Below are positions 25,700 through 37,714 of a DNA stretch of 64,000 nt, piece after piece. Under the pieces are notes generated by a model that did not search any database, was not told the origin of the DNA, and worked only from the letters and a program-made list of their open reading frames with translations. The stretch is from positions 558,001 through 622,000 of the forward strand of contig JAKIMF020000004.1 in assembly GCA_022605425.2 (NCBI GenBank), in the 5' to 3' direction. Every line of letters starts with the position of its first letter. The stretch's first letter is position 1. The translations under genes were made by a program, and so were the position numbers. Source of the stretch: Hamiltosporidium tvaerminnensis FI-OER-3-3. Its lineage: Eukaryota; Fungi; Microsporidia.

Positions 25700-28450
25700 A
25701 TACAAAATCTATCTTCAGATATTAAATCACACCAAGAGAAGCAAATCAGCTTCAAAAGCAAACATGGAAAACATATTTTTTGAGTTGGTGATGAGCTAAA
25801 ATATTCTTGAGAAGACAAGTAAACATAAGAAACTCGATACGGGTAATACAAATATTCACGGGGAATCAGCCAAGTATTTAATTCAAACTTTCGTCTAGCA
25901 ATTATATTCTGAAGTCTTTAATATAGAAGAATATGCGTTTAAATTAATATGATAAAAAAGCATATGATGTAACAGTTTAAAATGTAAATATAATGATAAT
26001 CGTATGTTGCGACTACTTCAAGGTATATCCCGCTAATTATCTGAAAGTGTTAACGTTTGCATGTGGCAATCTTGATGAAATTGTAAGTTACATTTTATAA
26101 TATAGAAAAAAAGATAACAAGGCTATATATGAAGAGCATAATACCTGGTATACATTTTACCAAATAATTCTCAACCCAAATTGCCTCCCATATTAAGTTT
26201 ATAATATCATTAATTTACTGCATAACTCAAAAACGGAAGAGCGTAAAAGTATTTTGAATTGATCCATATAAAACATTCCTAAATACCTTCATTTATTCTT
26301 AAAACCATCTTTTAAAAGAAAACACAAGATGCTTGGTTATACTGTTTGCTTAAGTTTCGATTTGAAAAAAAACCTTAGAACTTGGCTCGGACTACAGAAC
26401 AAGAACATGTGTCTCACTTTTGTAATTTTAATAAAAACATGTAGGAGGATTCATAGAACATTACGTAAGGGGTGAAAGCGGGAGAAAGTGATCAAAATAT
26501 TCTGGGTTTGGTGGTTGTTAGAAATAAAACCGCGGATGAGCCAACTTTCAAAAATTTTTCTTAATAAGAAACTATTAAAAAGACCTTTAAACAACGTGAA
26601 TAACAAGACCAATAGCTTATGATATAATTGAAATGTTTATTTAATAAAAGAATATCGATAATCATAACTTTCATAATTTGATTACAAAATTTATTAAGAA
26701 CACAATAACTAAAAAAAATATATTCGTTACATAAGCCTCAAAAAATCATGACCAAGAACATTGGAAGAGAGATTTTGTAGGAGTTTTGCTGTTTCGATCT
26801 TTGTATCATCTATAGATCCGTAGAATCCAAGTTCAATGAAAAATTGACAAAGATTCAATAATTTTAAATAGATATTTTCAGATATTAAGCATTTATGTTT
26901 AATTGATTATCACATTCTCTTTGCAGTCAAAAGTGATACACTATCACTATGACAAATAAAGTAAATTCTTTCTTGTCAAAAACAGGTCTAGAGATAAATA
27001 AAGAGAACCAACATTGAAATAATTGTTGATGAGAGACCGTATTTTTTCAAAAGAGATCGATTTTTATAAATATTAGAAAAAATTAAAGGTGGTAAAATAT
27101 CACAAAAACAATATTCATTAAGTAAAGACGCAGCCTACAGCGAGATCCAAACAATTCTACACCAAATTAAATGTCTAAGTTACTCTCGTGTAATTTTTAA
27201 GTATGCAATATCGTTAAAAAGCTATCATGTATGCCTACTTCTACTTGAAATGGCTGATTGATATGAGATAAATTGGGCAGTGTGGGTATTGTTGGCAAAT
27301 TATAAGGCATGTTTAAGATCGAGATATAAATAACACATCTGTATGCTTAGCTCAGAATACTTGGGTGAGAATGGAACATATGCTTTGTTAATCTTAAATT
27401 GACTGGTAGAAATAAGAAATATCTGTTCGAAAAATCAAAAAATGTAATCTTTGAATTACAAATATACCCATTTCTTACTATAATATGCTCTCTATGCAAA
27501 TAAAATTGTTTGAAAAGATAATTTACAGAATAAAGTTTAGAAAAAGAAATAACTAGAAAAGATTATAATAAAAGGCAAAACATAAAATACGATTAAAAAT
27601 AATATATAACTTAAATATAAATTCTCTCAGTAATTTTTCCTAATGTGTCCAAAAGAACATATCAGGATTCGCATTGAAGCAGTTTTATAATATCAAAAAT
27701 ATCAATATATTATGAAAAGTAGAAAAAATATGCTCACACTACAATAGTTTGGCAAGACAAAAGGTAATCTAACGACTTGAATTGTTAAATGCTTAAAAAA
27801 ACTTTACCAGATTGTATAACGAAGTGGTTTTATTCTTGACTTTAGGCCTTCGAAAAGATGAAATGTTAGTTTACAAAACAATTTGGGTGTGTTACAAATA
27901 AATATAGTTTTAAAAATGAATATACAGAAATAAGATCGGAGTGTCGGATAAAAGCTGATGTTAAAATTAGCAATAATAGATAAATATTTTTGTTATCAGT
28001 AAGGCTAGCAATATGATAATATCCATATAGAGTGGGAATTACTTCTCGGGATTTACATAAAATAGTTGAAATTTTAAAAAGGAAAGAAGTTCTATAAGAC
28101 AATGATACAAGCCTTGTTTTCAATCTTGATCTGTATATAATTCGATATTTGATGACCAGGCATGGCATTGTTAAAAAAAACCTAAAATCTACCCTAAGAA
28201 GCGTCAAATATTATACAAATCAAAGTGTATTTAGTGATTAGTGCTAAAAAACAGTTTAAACGTACCATTAGAAAATTGAAGTTTTATTCAAAACAAAATG
28301 TATAAAGAGCACTAAAAACCTGTTGCCGGATGCCATACAAGAGCTAAAAAACATGAACAACCTATATCACTTTAAATTTACATAAATGTTAAAAACATAT
28401 TTTAAGTGCACAAAAACGAAAATTCACAAATTCAAGAATGTGAATAAAAT
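25700..28450 (+). mobile_element. Long degenerate RLE-type (R2/R4/NeSL superfamily) non-LTR retrotransposon
   Basis: Ordered broken motifs: an AYD.I-like RT motif at ~26615, an RG.LQG..LS..F..S.DP-like motif at ~26770, HL..ID....FA at ~26890, GLEINKE at ~26985, YK/Y-LG at ~27065, a CCHC region with RLYNEVV at ~27810, and the RLE segment NEYTEIR...IKADVKISNNR..IFVI...EVGITS at ~27915-28045. Boundaries are approximate. Confidence 0.75.
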
Positions 28451-28963
28451 GATAAATTATAAAGCCATCGCAAAATATTGAAACCAGATTAAATCTAAAC
28501 CACGAGTTAATTAAAAAAAAATAATTGAAAGAAAGCAGGAAAAAAAACAAGAAAAGTATAATAAACCAGTATTATATCAACTTTATTTCTTAAGGAATAC
28601 TGTAAGTTGAATTGATTTTCAGTGATATTTAAAATTTGGTTTAACAAATTTTCATAGTATACATTACAAATTTAAACGGTTTACTTGAAAATTAAAGAAA
28701 GTTATCTAAAATAATGAAAATATTTTTAATATACTACAAAAAAGAAAGAATAAAGTATTTATTCGAGAAATTGACGACCAAAATTAGAAATATATTTTTT
28801 CGATGATCTCAAGGTATAGAAATTTACGGATCAGTATGCAAAGAATACTACCAAATCAAATTTAAAAATGTTATAATATAGATAGATAAGTATAGCAGGT
28901 TTGTTCAAATAGAAACGTATAGGAGTTAAATTTATAAAATAGTATTAAATTGTCACATAATTT

Positions 28964-29676
28964 TTGGAAAAAGATAACTATTTTAACAACAATCTGCTTC
29001 GCAACGATTGAATGAAAATATGTATAATAATGCTTTTGGTTATAGTGAGATAAAATTACCTTGCGTTTTCGATTTTTATATAAGGATTTGTATAAGCAAG
29101 AGAAAATCTAAAATTTAATAAAATTTTTCTAAAAAGTTGGTTTGTAGTTTTATTTGTAATAGAGGGCAAATCATAATTGCATTTATAGGTAATTGCCTTG
29201 CAAAAGCATAGAAACCCAGTCTTGCACACTCGAGTTAGAAGATTTGGCACTGGAAAGATACAAAAAACAAACCAAACAAAAAGCCAGAAACCTTTGCTGA
29301 AGGCTATATTTGTTGGCAGGCCATTTTAATTCTAAGTTTTATTTTATCGTAAGACATCGGGATATATACTAGTTGGAATTTATTCGGTTTGATAAGTGTA
29401 GAGTAAGTAGGAATTCTACTGTTTTTGGAAAGCTTAGGATGGGTTTAGATTGAAACACCACACCTAGAAACGTACAGTAACATTTGCCAGCCAAATAGCT
29501 CAAGTATTATATATATTGTATATATCTTTTAAATCGGAAAGCTTTTGACATTGGGTATTCAAAGTTTACCAATGTAGTGTGAGAGGGGTAGTTATCAAAT
29601 AACTCCAGAACTGCAATTCTATGAATACAATATGATGTAAGCCTTTTAAATAAACAAAGAATGATATTTATTTAAA
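28964..29676 (+). mobile_element. ~720-nt element, copy C (old, strongly diverged)
   Basis: GGTAATTGCCTTGCAAAAGCATAGAAACC..CTTGCACACTCGAGTTAGAAGA, AAGTGTAGAGTAAGTAGGAAT and CAGAACTGC are collinear with the consensus. The length is retained. Confidence 0.75.
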
Positions 29677-30231
29677 AAAAATGACAGTAATGCTATCAGA
29701 AAAGTTTCCGCAATACTTTGCATGTAAAAATGTGCTTTTGAAAGCGTAAAATCTTTAATGTAAATATGCGAGGCTTAAAGTCATAAAAGTGATTATTATA
29801 TATCATAAGATTTCTTTCTTAATTTTTATTTTAATAAAGTTTTTTATATTATTAGTTTAAAGAAATAATTACGAATATTCCAAAAATCAATCGGTTTTGA
29901 CAAATCTTTTAATTTTATAATACAAAAATATTATTAATGATAACAATATAAGATGAAATTTATTTTTCAACATTTGATTTGAATAAAACTTTATTTGTTA
30001 ATTATGAAAGATAAAAGCACGAAAAAAAAACAAAAATAAAGTACGATCAAACAAAGTTTGGTTCTTTTTAACATTTTGTTTCGCGAAGCAACAACTATTT
30101 ACCTTAAAAATAATGTACTGATGCATTTTGTTGGAAAATGAACAAATAAATTTCATTTAAATTTGTGATTTTTTTTCGAAACAAATTTGTACCAAAATTT
30201 ATTATAAAAGTAAAATTTGTATTTTTTTCCC

Positions 30232-30597
30232 ATGATTGAGCGTGATGACAAAGATAATCATCTCGATTCATATCTTCACAAACTTTTAGATTCTTCTGGA
30301 TCAAGTTGTGAAGATAAAAATGAAATCACTGTAAAGACCGAATCACCTACTATATTTGGAAACGAAAAACGATCCAAACCCACAGAACCAAGTAAAGAAG
30401 AAGATTCTGATGATAGTTCCATGTATTTGTACACTGTTTCGTTATATAGTAGTGCATACAACGATTTTATTGATGGAAAAGACGAAGTATTAGAAGAATA
30501 TAGAGATGAAGAATTTTCAGAAAGCAATGAGTCAGACGATTTTATTACGGCATTAAAAAGCTTCCTAAAGCGAGAATCCGAATCGGAACAAAACTAA
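30232..30597 (+). CDS. Hypothetical acidic, Ser/Asp/Glu-rich small protein
   Basis: CCC-ATG at 30232 is in frame with the tracked ORF, and the composition looks coding. Confidence 0.65.
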   Translation: MIERDDKDNHLDSYLHKLLDSSGSSCEDKNEITVKTESPTIFGNEKRSKPTEPSKEEDSDDSSMYLYTVSLYSSAYNDFIDGKDEVLEEYRDEEFSESNESDDFITALKSFLKRESESEQN

Positions 30598-31336
30598 TTA
30601 GGTTCCATACAATTATAATAAATATAAATGCACAAAATTATTTTCGAATATCTATTGAATATTTTATTCACTTTTTTCCATTAAAACTATACTTTAAAAA
30701 ATTTTAAAGAATATGCAACAAAGTTTCAAAAAGAATTTTTTTATTTTCTGGTTTAACGAATTTAAAAGTATTACAAATAAGGTGAATATAATTCAATTAA
30801 ACATTTATTCTAGCATCCGAATATTAAACCATTTGAACCCATAAGTTCATTTTTAAGAAGCAATACAAATATTTATAACTAACTTCTAATTTAATCAATT
30901 AAAAAATCATTTGTCCGTAGTTACATTTTTTTCTCATTCATTTACATGCATAATTAAAAACAAATGAAAATAGACCAAAGCAAGCAATAAAATGAACTCG
31001 AAAACCCGAAAATATTGTTAAAAAAAATTTAAAGTAATAAAAATTTACTTTAAATGATCTAAAAGTGATAAAATAATGGTAAAAACCAAAGAATTCAAAG
31101 ATATTATTTCTTTGATTTCATCATAAGTTATTTAAGTGTCAAAAGAAGATCCACTTTTCGTAATAAGTATCCCCAAACATCAATAAAAATACAAGAAACC
31201 CTAAGTTTATTTACAACAAAATCTTTCCTTTTTAAAAAATAATGATTAAAATGTTTTTGAAGGTTTCGAAATGTCTTAAGATTTTTTTAAAAACCAAAAA
31301 ATTTAAATTTTTTTATTAAATCTATAATTTTATTGT

Positions 31337-32206
31337 TTAAAGATTGCTAATTTTTTCCTTTAAATAATTTATAATGAAATATTCTTCTCTAAGACAGAAT
31401 ATTTCTATTTCCATTTTTCGTGAATATCCTTTTAGAAAATCCAAATCTACAACCATATCAGGTTCGTTTATTTTATAAAGATATTCTATTTTTTTATAAT
31501 CATGACAATTCAATGGTATCGTTTCGTTTTCATTTATTTTATACTTAAAAACATCAGTAGAAGAAATTCCAATTCGTTTTAAAGTAAGAATTTTTAAATC
31601 TTTATTTATCGCTGAACCATATTTATATACAGAATAAATGTGTAATCCATACGGATCAAAATCAAATATTCCATAGAAATTTACACAAAGAAAAGATAGA
31701 AACTTTCTTGTGTTTACACAAGGATATCCTTTGCCAGTAATCAAAATAGTATTTTTAATGAAATCATTTTTTTTGTTTAATTCTATTAAAAACGTAAAAA
31801 AAGATTCCTTTTCAATTATCAGAACATTTTTGTACGAAGTTGTTATTTTAATTACATTTTTTAATTCTGGAATTAAAATTCCAGTCATTTTTGTTGAATA
31901 ATCAGAATAATATATTTCAATTGGTCCACAAAATAATCCTTTATATGAGGCAGTAATTAACAGGTCTTCATATGTTAAATTATACTTTTTAATAAAATTA
32001 TTTGCCATTGTGACAATAACATTCTGGTTTAAAAATACATTTGGTGAAATATAAAATATTTCTCTTACATTTTTACTTAAACTAGATGTATTCATTTCAA
32101 ATAAAATCTCATAAAATTTCAACCTTTGTACAAAGTTTTTGGTAATTTTTGAATCAATCAATCTCTTAGTTTCTTCTTTTATAATTTCAATTATTTTTTC
32201 ATGCAT
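31337..32206 (-). CDS. SPO11: Meiotic recombination protein Spo11 (topoisomerase VI A subunit homolog)
   Basis: REIFY (catalytic Tyr position), VLIIEKES, ITGKGYP, DFDPYG and KMEIE motifs. The start is uncertain; the first ATG is at 32206. Confidence 0.92.
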   Translation of the reverse strand: MHEKIIEIIKEETKRLIDSKITKNFVQRLKFYEILFEMNTSSLSKNVREIFYISPNVFLNQNVIVTMANNFIKKYNLTYEDLLITASYKGLFCGPIEIYYSDYSTKMTGILIPELKNVIKITTSYKNVLIIEKESFFTFLIELNKKNDFIKNTILITGKGYPCVNTRKFLSFLCVNFYGIFDFDPYGLHIYSVYKYGSAINKDLKILTLKRIGISSTDVFKYKINENETIPLNCHDYKKIEYLYKINEPDMVVDLDFLKGYSRKMEIEIFCLREEYFIINYLKEKISNL

Positions 32207-32650
32207 ATAATTTTCTGTGAATCTCTTTAAAAAAATAAAATTTCTGCATAAAATATATAAAGTTGACTTAAGAAAGCAATTCAAAATTACGAATTTGATT
32301 TATGAATTTATACCAAAGATAACATTTCTATGTCACTTTTATCGCTTCATTAGTTTTTATTGTCTTAAATTAGAAAGAAAAGAATTTAAAATTTAATCTA
32401 TTAATCATTTTAGTTTGAAAGAAATCCGATTATATGCTAAAATGCAATTATAGATCTATAGGAAAAATCAATGTCTTAAGATATTAGGTTTATCCAACTT
32501 CTATAAGACGTTATTCTAGAATGGTTGTAATTTTAAATTCTTATAATAATATTAATTTAAAAATAAACTTTTATAGCAAAAAATTCTAAAATAATTTATT
32601 AAATAACTTTTTATTCTAAAGAATAAGTGAGATATATTTTTGCAGATCAT

Positions 32651-33364
32651 TGTAGAGAGAGAATAACCACATAAAAAACTATCTGCTTGGCAATGAGTAT
32701 GGGAATTTGAGGGGAAGATAATAAGGTGATTTTTAGTGGAAATTAATCCACACTACATCTTCGGTTGTTCCATGTGATTTGTATGAGGAAAAAGCCTACA
32801 AAATGGCAAACTTTTTCTACAAATTTATTATCTATTTTTTTATGTAAATAGAGCAGAGACAGCACTCGAACTTCCAGGTAATTTGCCATGTAAAAGTATG
32901 TAATCATGACTTCCTCACTCGAGTTTGAAGACTTAGCGCTCGGGAAAAAATAAAAAAAACCTTCTAAAGCCGAGAAGAAAAAGTTAAGATTATACCCGTT
33001 GGTATGACATTGCAGTCTCTAGGGTAACCCATGTATGTCTCTGAAATATATCTTGGCTAGAAGTTTATTAGGTTCAGAAAGTGTAGAGTAAGTGGGAATG
33101 CTGCAAGTTTTTGGGGAGCCCAGGGTTGGTTTAACGTACGATCAAATACCATGGAAGAGGGATTTACAAACTTCGGCAACTGCCTCGCATATTGAATTGA
33201 TTCTACACACCTTTTAGACGAAAGACTTTAATATGTAGGTATCGTAGGAAATAGTGATGAATGTTATGGATCGGTTAGATTTAAAACTTAGGACTGCGTT
33301 AATTTCATAAAGACAATATAACGCTTGCCATTGTTTTAAAAAGATGTGATATTTTTAAACAAAG
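32651..33364 (+). mobile_element. ~720-nt element, copy D (diverged, opposite orientation to A/B/E/F/G)
   Basis: GAATAACCACATAAAAAACTATCTGCTTGGCAATGAG ... AAAGATGTGATATTTTTAAACAAAG. Collinear with the reverse complement of copy E. Confidence 0.9.
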
Positions 33365-34850
33365 AGAATTTTAACATACCATAAAATAAATATCAAACGC
33401 GCCGCGTAACATATCAAATACCATTTTTTAAGACACGCAAACTTAAATATCTGTATAATTGAATATAAATCAGAACCGAATAATGAACAAACATTGAAAA
33501 AATAATCAGAAATGTTATTTGAAGCTAAGATATAATAAAACTATTTGTAGTAAATCAACCCAAATCACAATACAACTGTTTAAATCCGAACTTTTTAAGA
33601 GACACAACTAAATATATACATTAATCATCGTAATTATAACAAAAATCTAAACAAAAAAACGTGCTAAGAATTTCGAAATGACTTAGGAAACAAACAAGTG
33701 TAAAACTAACTATACATACGAATAATATTTTGGAAATTACAAGATCTTTTAAATTCTACAAAATTACAAAAAAAAATGAAAGATCTATTAGTAAATCTCA
33801 TATTTACATTTTTTTTGCTAAAGTTCTATTTAAAACATAAAATTTAGATATAAAATAATCAACGAAGCAAATTTAAAAATAATCTACATATCAAAAGAAA
33901 TTCTAATCGAAATTTTTAGTGCAATGTTTTTTTTCTATATCCAATATGTTTTATATTCATATGCTCTTTAATGTAGCAATACTAAATTATATTTTTCTTC
34001 GCTTATTTTTTTAATCAGTTTACTGTGCATTTACGGATATGATACAATAGAAATGTAAGATTGATTTATTTATTGACACTTGATATAATATATAGAGATA
34101 CATCAAACGTTAACATGAACATTCATCTGGATTTTAAAGTACCATATGATATTTTCTATCCAAATAAAATCTTTATAAGCTCATATATAGATAAGCAACC
34201 AAAATAACCCTTATTACATGATATTTATAAGTTTTTTAAAAAATAAAAATTCCCAAATAATATTTTGTTTATTAAATTCAAAAAATTCCATCTATTTCAA
34301 AAATTTATATATTTTATCTACCTTCTTGTCATTCTATTTAAAAAAAAACAATTAAATAAATTATTACCAAAACAGATAAATTAAAATCACAATTTCCTTA
34401 AATATACATATTATTACCAACTAAGTTTTCAAAGTGTCATATATCTTATTACACCCAATTTACCTTTTTAAATAATAGTTAGTATCTTTCAGGTTTAAAT
34501 TTTGAATTTGTTTATTTCAAAAAAAATACAAATTAATTTGAAATTCTTTGTTTAATTCCAGCAATGTTTTACTATTTTACTGTTTATAAAATCTATTTTA
34601 ATTTTTAATAATATAATTGAGACAAACTTAAATATATTTTGATGCTAAAAATTATAATGAATGCACACTTAAATATATTTTAAATATATTTAATATAATA
34701 TTTTGAACTAAAAACGAATAAATTTTCAAATATATTTTAATTTATCTGAAGACATGTACATTTTGGTCATTTAGCGACTCATTTATAATATAGATACTTA
34801 TTCTAATCATATTTATTATAATTTTTAGATAAATATCTGTGTCTTGAATA

Positions 34851-35580
34851 CTTTATTTAAAAATATCACATCTTTTTACAATAGTGGCAAGTGTTATATT
34901 TGTTTTTATGACATTAACGCAGTTCTAGGTTTAACATAAATAACTGCTACCCCAACACTCCATCGGTAACCCCTGCGATACCTACGTCCCAAAGCCTTTC
35001 ATCTACCAGGTGTGTAGAACCTAATTTAATAGGCGAGGCAGTTGCTCGGAGTTCGTTAATGTCCGTTGCACGGAGTGTGATCGAAGGCCGAAGCCCCCCC
35101 TGGGCTCCCCCAAGACTATGCAGCATTCCCACTTACTCTACACTTTCTGAACCCAATAAACTTCTAGCTAAGATATATTTCAGAGACTTACATGGGGTCC
35201 ACCTAGACAGTGCAATGTCATACCAACAGGTCTAACCTGCTACTTAGCTCTCCCGGCCTTTAATGGGTTTTATTTTTATATCTCCCAGGCGCTAAGTCTT
35301 CTAATCCGAGTGAGCAAGGTTAGGTTTCCATGCTTTTACCTGGCAATTACCTACATGTTCAGCTGCGGTCTGCAATCAGGTTACATAAAAAACTACAAAT
35401 AAATTTGTAGAAAAAGTTTCTCCATTTCTTAGACCTCTCCTCTTCATAACAACTCCCATGGAACAACCGAAGATGTAGTGTGGTTAATTCCCACCAAAAA
35501 TCCAAACAATGATCTCACAAACGTTTCACACACTCATTGCCAAGCAGAAAGTTTTTTATGTGGTTATCCTCCCTCCACCA
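34851..35580 (-). mobile_element. ~720-nt element, copy E, with a 13-bp TSD
   Basis: TGTGTCTTGAATA at 34838-34850 and 35581-35593 flanks the element exactly. Confidence 0.95.
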
Positions 35581-35871
35581 TGTGTCTTGAATAAAATTAT
35601 TCATAATTATTTATATTCTATTTACATTTATTAAAACTAGCTGTATAGAATTTTATTATAAATATTTATTTTCTTTATTCTTTCTCATTTTTATTTCTAT
35701 ATTTACTTTAATGTCAAAGTAAACTATAAATATACTGATGATTTTATAAATACCAATATTAGTTTATTGGAATGACAAAAATAACCTATAAATATGTTAC
35801 TAACAAGTCAAAAACATAACATATATTAAATACTAAATATATACATTCAATAAATCATTCAATAAATATTT

Positions 35872-36047
35872 TAAAAATATAATAAAAAAATAAGAATACA
35901 GCTTAATTAGTCTAAGATTAACCAACTAATATTCATTTAAATAATTGTTAAAAATATAATAAAAAAATAAGAATACAGCTTAATTAGTCTAAGATTAACC
36001 AACTAATATTCATTTAAATAATTGTTAAAAATATAAAAAAAATAAGA
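35872..36047. repeat. 77-bp tandem duplication (about 2.3 copies)
   Basis: AAAATATAATAAAAAAATAAGAATACAGCTTAATTAGTCTAAGATTAACCAACTAATATTCATTTAAATAATTGTT repeats with period 77. Confidence 0.85.
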
Positions 36048-36561
36048 AGAATGTTCTTATAAAGGACTAAATATTAAAAATTTAAATTATATATTTTTAA
36101 TTTATCTAATACTTATCTAATATCATGTTTTGTAAAAGATAAATTAACAAAAATTCAAACACTGATTTTTCACAAAATTTAATCTAATATTTAAATATTT
36201 GAATATTTAAAAATTACTATTACTAAAATATTTCAAAAAAATATATTTTAAACAATTAAATCTTCAGATTCTCATTTTTCCCCTCAGCATTTATATATCC
36301 TCCAAGGTATTTATATAAAAATATATAAGATATAAACAACTATATATAAATTTATATACAATTTATATCAATAATTTTAGTCTTAGAATTTCAATTTAAA
36401 TTATATTAGAAAACCTTAAAATAGAAAAAAAAAAACAATCAATTTTCTTTTTTAATACATCCATTCATAATATATAAAACAATCCATAAAAAGAAATATA
36501 TCAATAAAAAAATCATTTTTTAAAAAAAAATATAAATAAAAAAAATTTAAAAAAAATAAGC

Positions 36562-37649
36562 ATGAAAATATCTCCGTATCCTGAAAAAGTTTTATTAAAT
36601 AAATATTACTTTTTACGAACCAGAAGTGAATTGTTATTACGTATAATATATATTGTTGAAGAGATATCACCTGTCAAATATGTTGGTATATTGATAGATA
36701 AAGAGGATAAGTTTAAAAATAAAAAGATTTTGGTCGATAAAAAATGTTTGCTTATTTTTCATCCAAAAACACGTTTATTTCAACATTTGATGAGTATTCC
36801 TGAGTTTAGAAGTGATGTTGGTATTAGAAGAACGCTTTGTGTTTTAGGGTTTCCTGTAGATAAAATTATGATAAAAATGGAAAATAAAAATTTTGATACG
36901 AGCGACTGTGAAATTAGTGCTTCTGAATTTGAAAATGAATATTCCAAATATTTAAAATATGATGAAAGCGGACCGTTTTTATCAGGAAATACTTTTATAA
37001 CGGATCCTTTAAAACTTGTGGTTCCAGGGGTCAATTCACTCAACGTGTATCGGTTATACGTTATTGTTTGTAAAAATGGTGGTATGGAAAGAATTACGAA
37101 TGACCAAAAATGGAAACCGCTTTTTTATTCAGAAATGAAAAAAACCAATGTAAGTTACACAGTTCGTACATTTTATAAAAAATATTTGTATGAATTTGAA
37201 TATTTAAGAAGAATTAAAATTAGATATGATTTGTATAAAAATAGAATTGACAGTTGTAAAAGTAATCCAACTGAAGACAAAGAAAGTTCTAAGAATAATG
37301 AAATTATCAATGAAGAAGTAAATTTCGAAAATAATATTTTGAATGAGAAATTAAACAAAGTATGTGAAGTATCAGAACAAGACATTAATGAAAAATTAAA
37401 AGATAAAAATAACGAAAACACAAACCTAAGAATAAAAGATAAAAATAATGAAATCACAAACCTAAGAATAAAAGAACAGAACAGTAATGAAAACACAAAT
37501 CTAAGAATAAAAGATAAAAATAATGAAAACAAAAACCTAAGAATAAAAGACAGAACAGTAATGAAAACAAAAATATAAGAATAAAAGATAAAAATAATGA
37601 AAACAAAAATATAAAAATAAATGGACAAATCAGTAATGAAAACACAAAC

Positions 37650-37714
<65 letters not shown>

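Noticed and set aside
27000-27350. Merlin/IS1595-like transposase (IVDE..F.KR)
   Set aside because: The region fits better as part of the collinear RT thumb of the RLE retrotransposon remnant.
34940-35080. Twister-, hammerhead- or HDV-like ribozyme cores (AACACTCC...GTCCCAAAGC; GCCTCGC)
   Set aside because: The required flanking helices (twister P1/P4, HDV P3/P1.1) could not be built, and there is no CTGANGA core on either strand. A covariance-model search is needed to close the question.
35165-35300. Group I intron-like words (TTCAGAGACT, AAGATATA) in the element
   Set aside because: They are in the wrong order (S-like before R-like), lie on the strand opposite the G-U-supported one, and have no exon context.
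34851-35580. The element as a solo LTR, MITE or Helitron
   Set aside because: It has no TG..CA ends, no true terminal inverted repeats and no CTRR 3' end. Its TSDs are long and variable.
37173-37645. Hydrophobic antisense ORFs (also 6080, 15208, 16581, 30276, 53281, 54507 and others)
   Set aside because: These are shadow ORFs opposite real Lys/Glu/Asn-rich genes.
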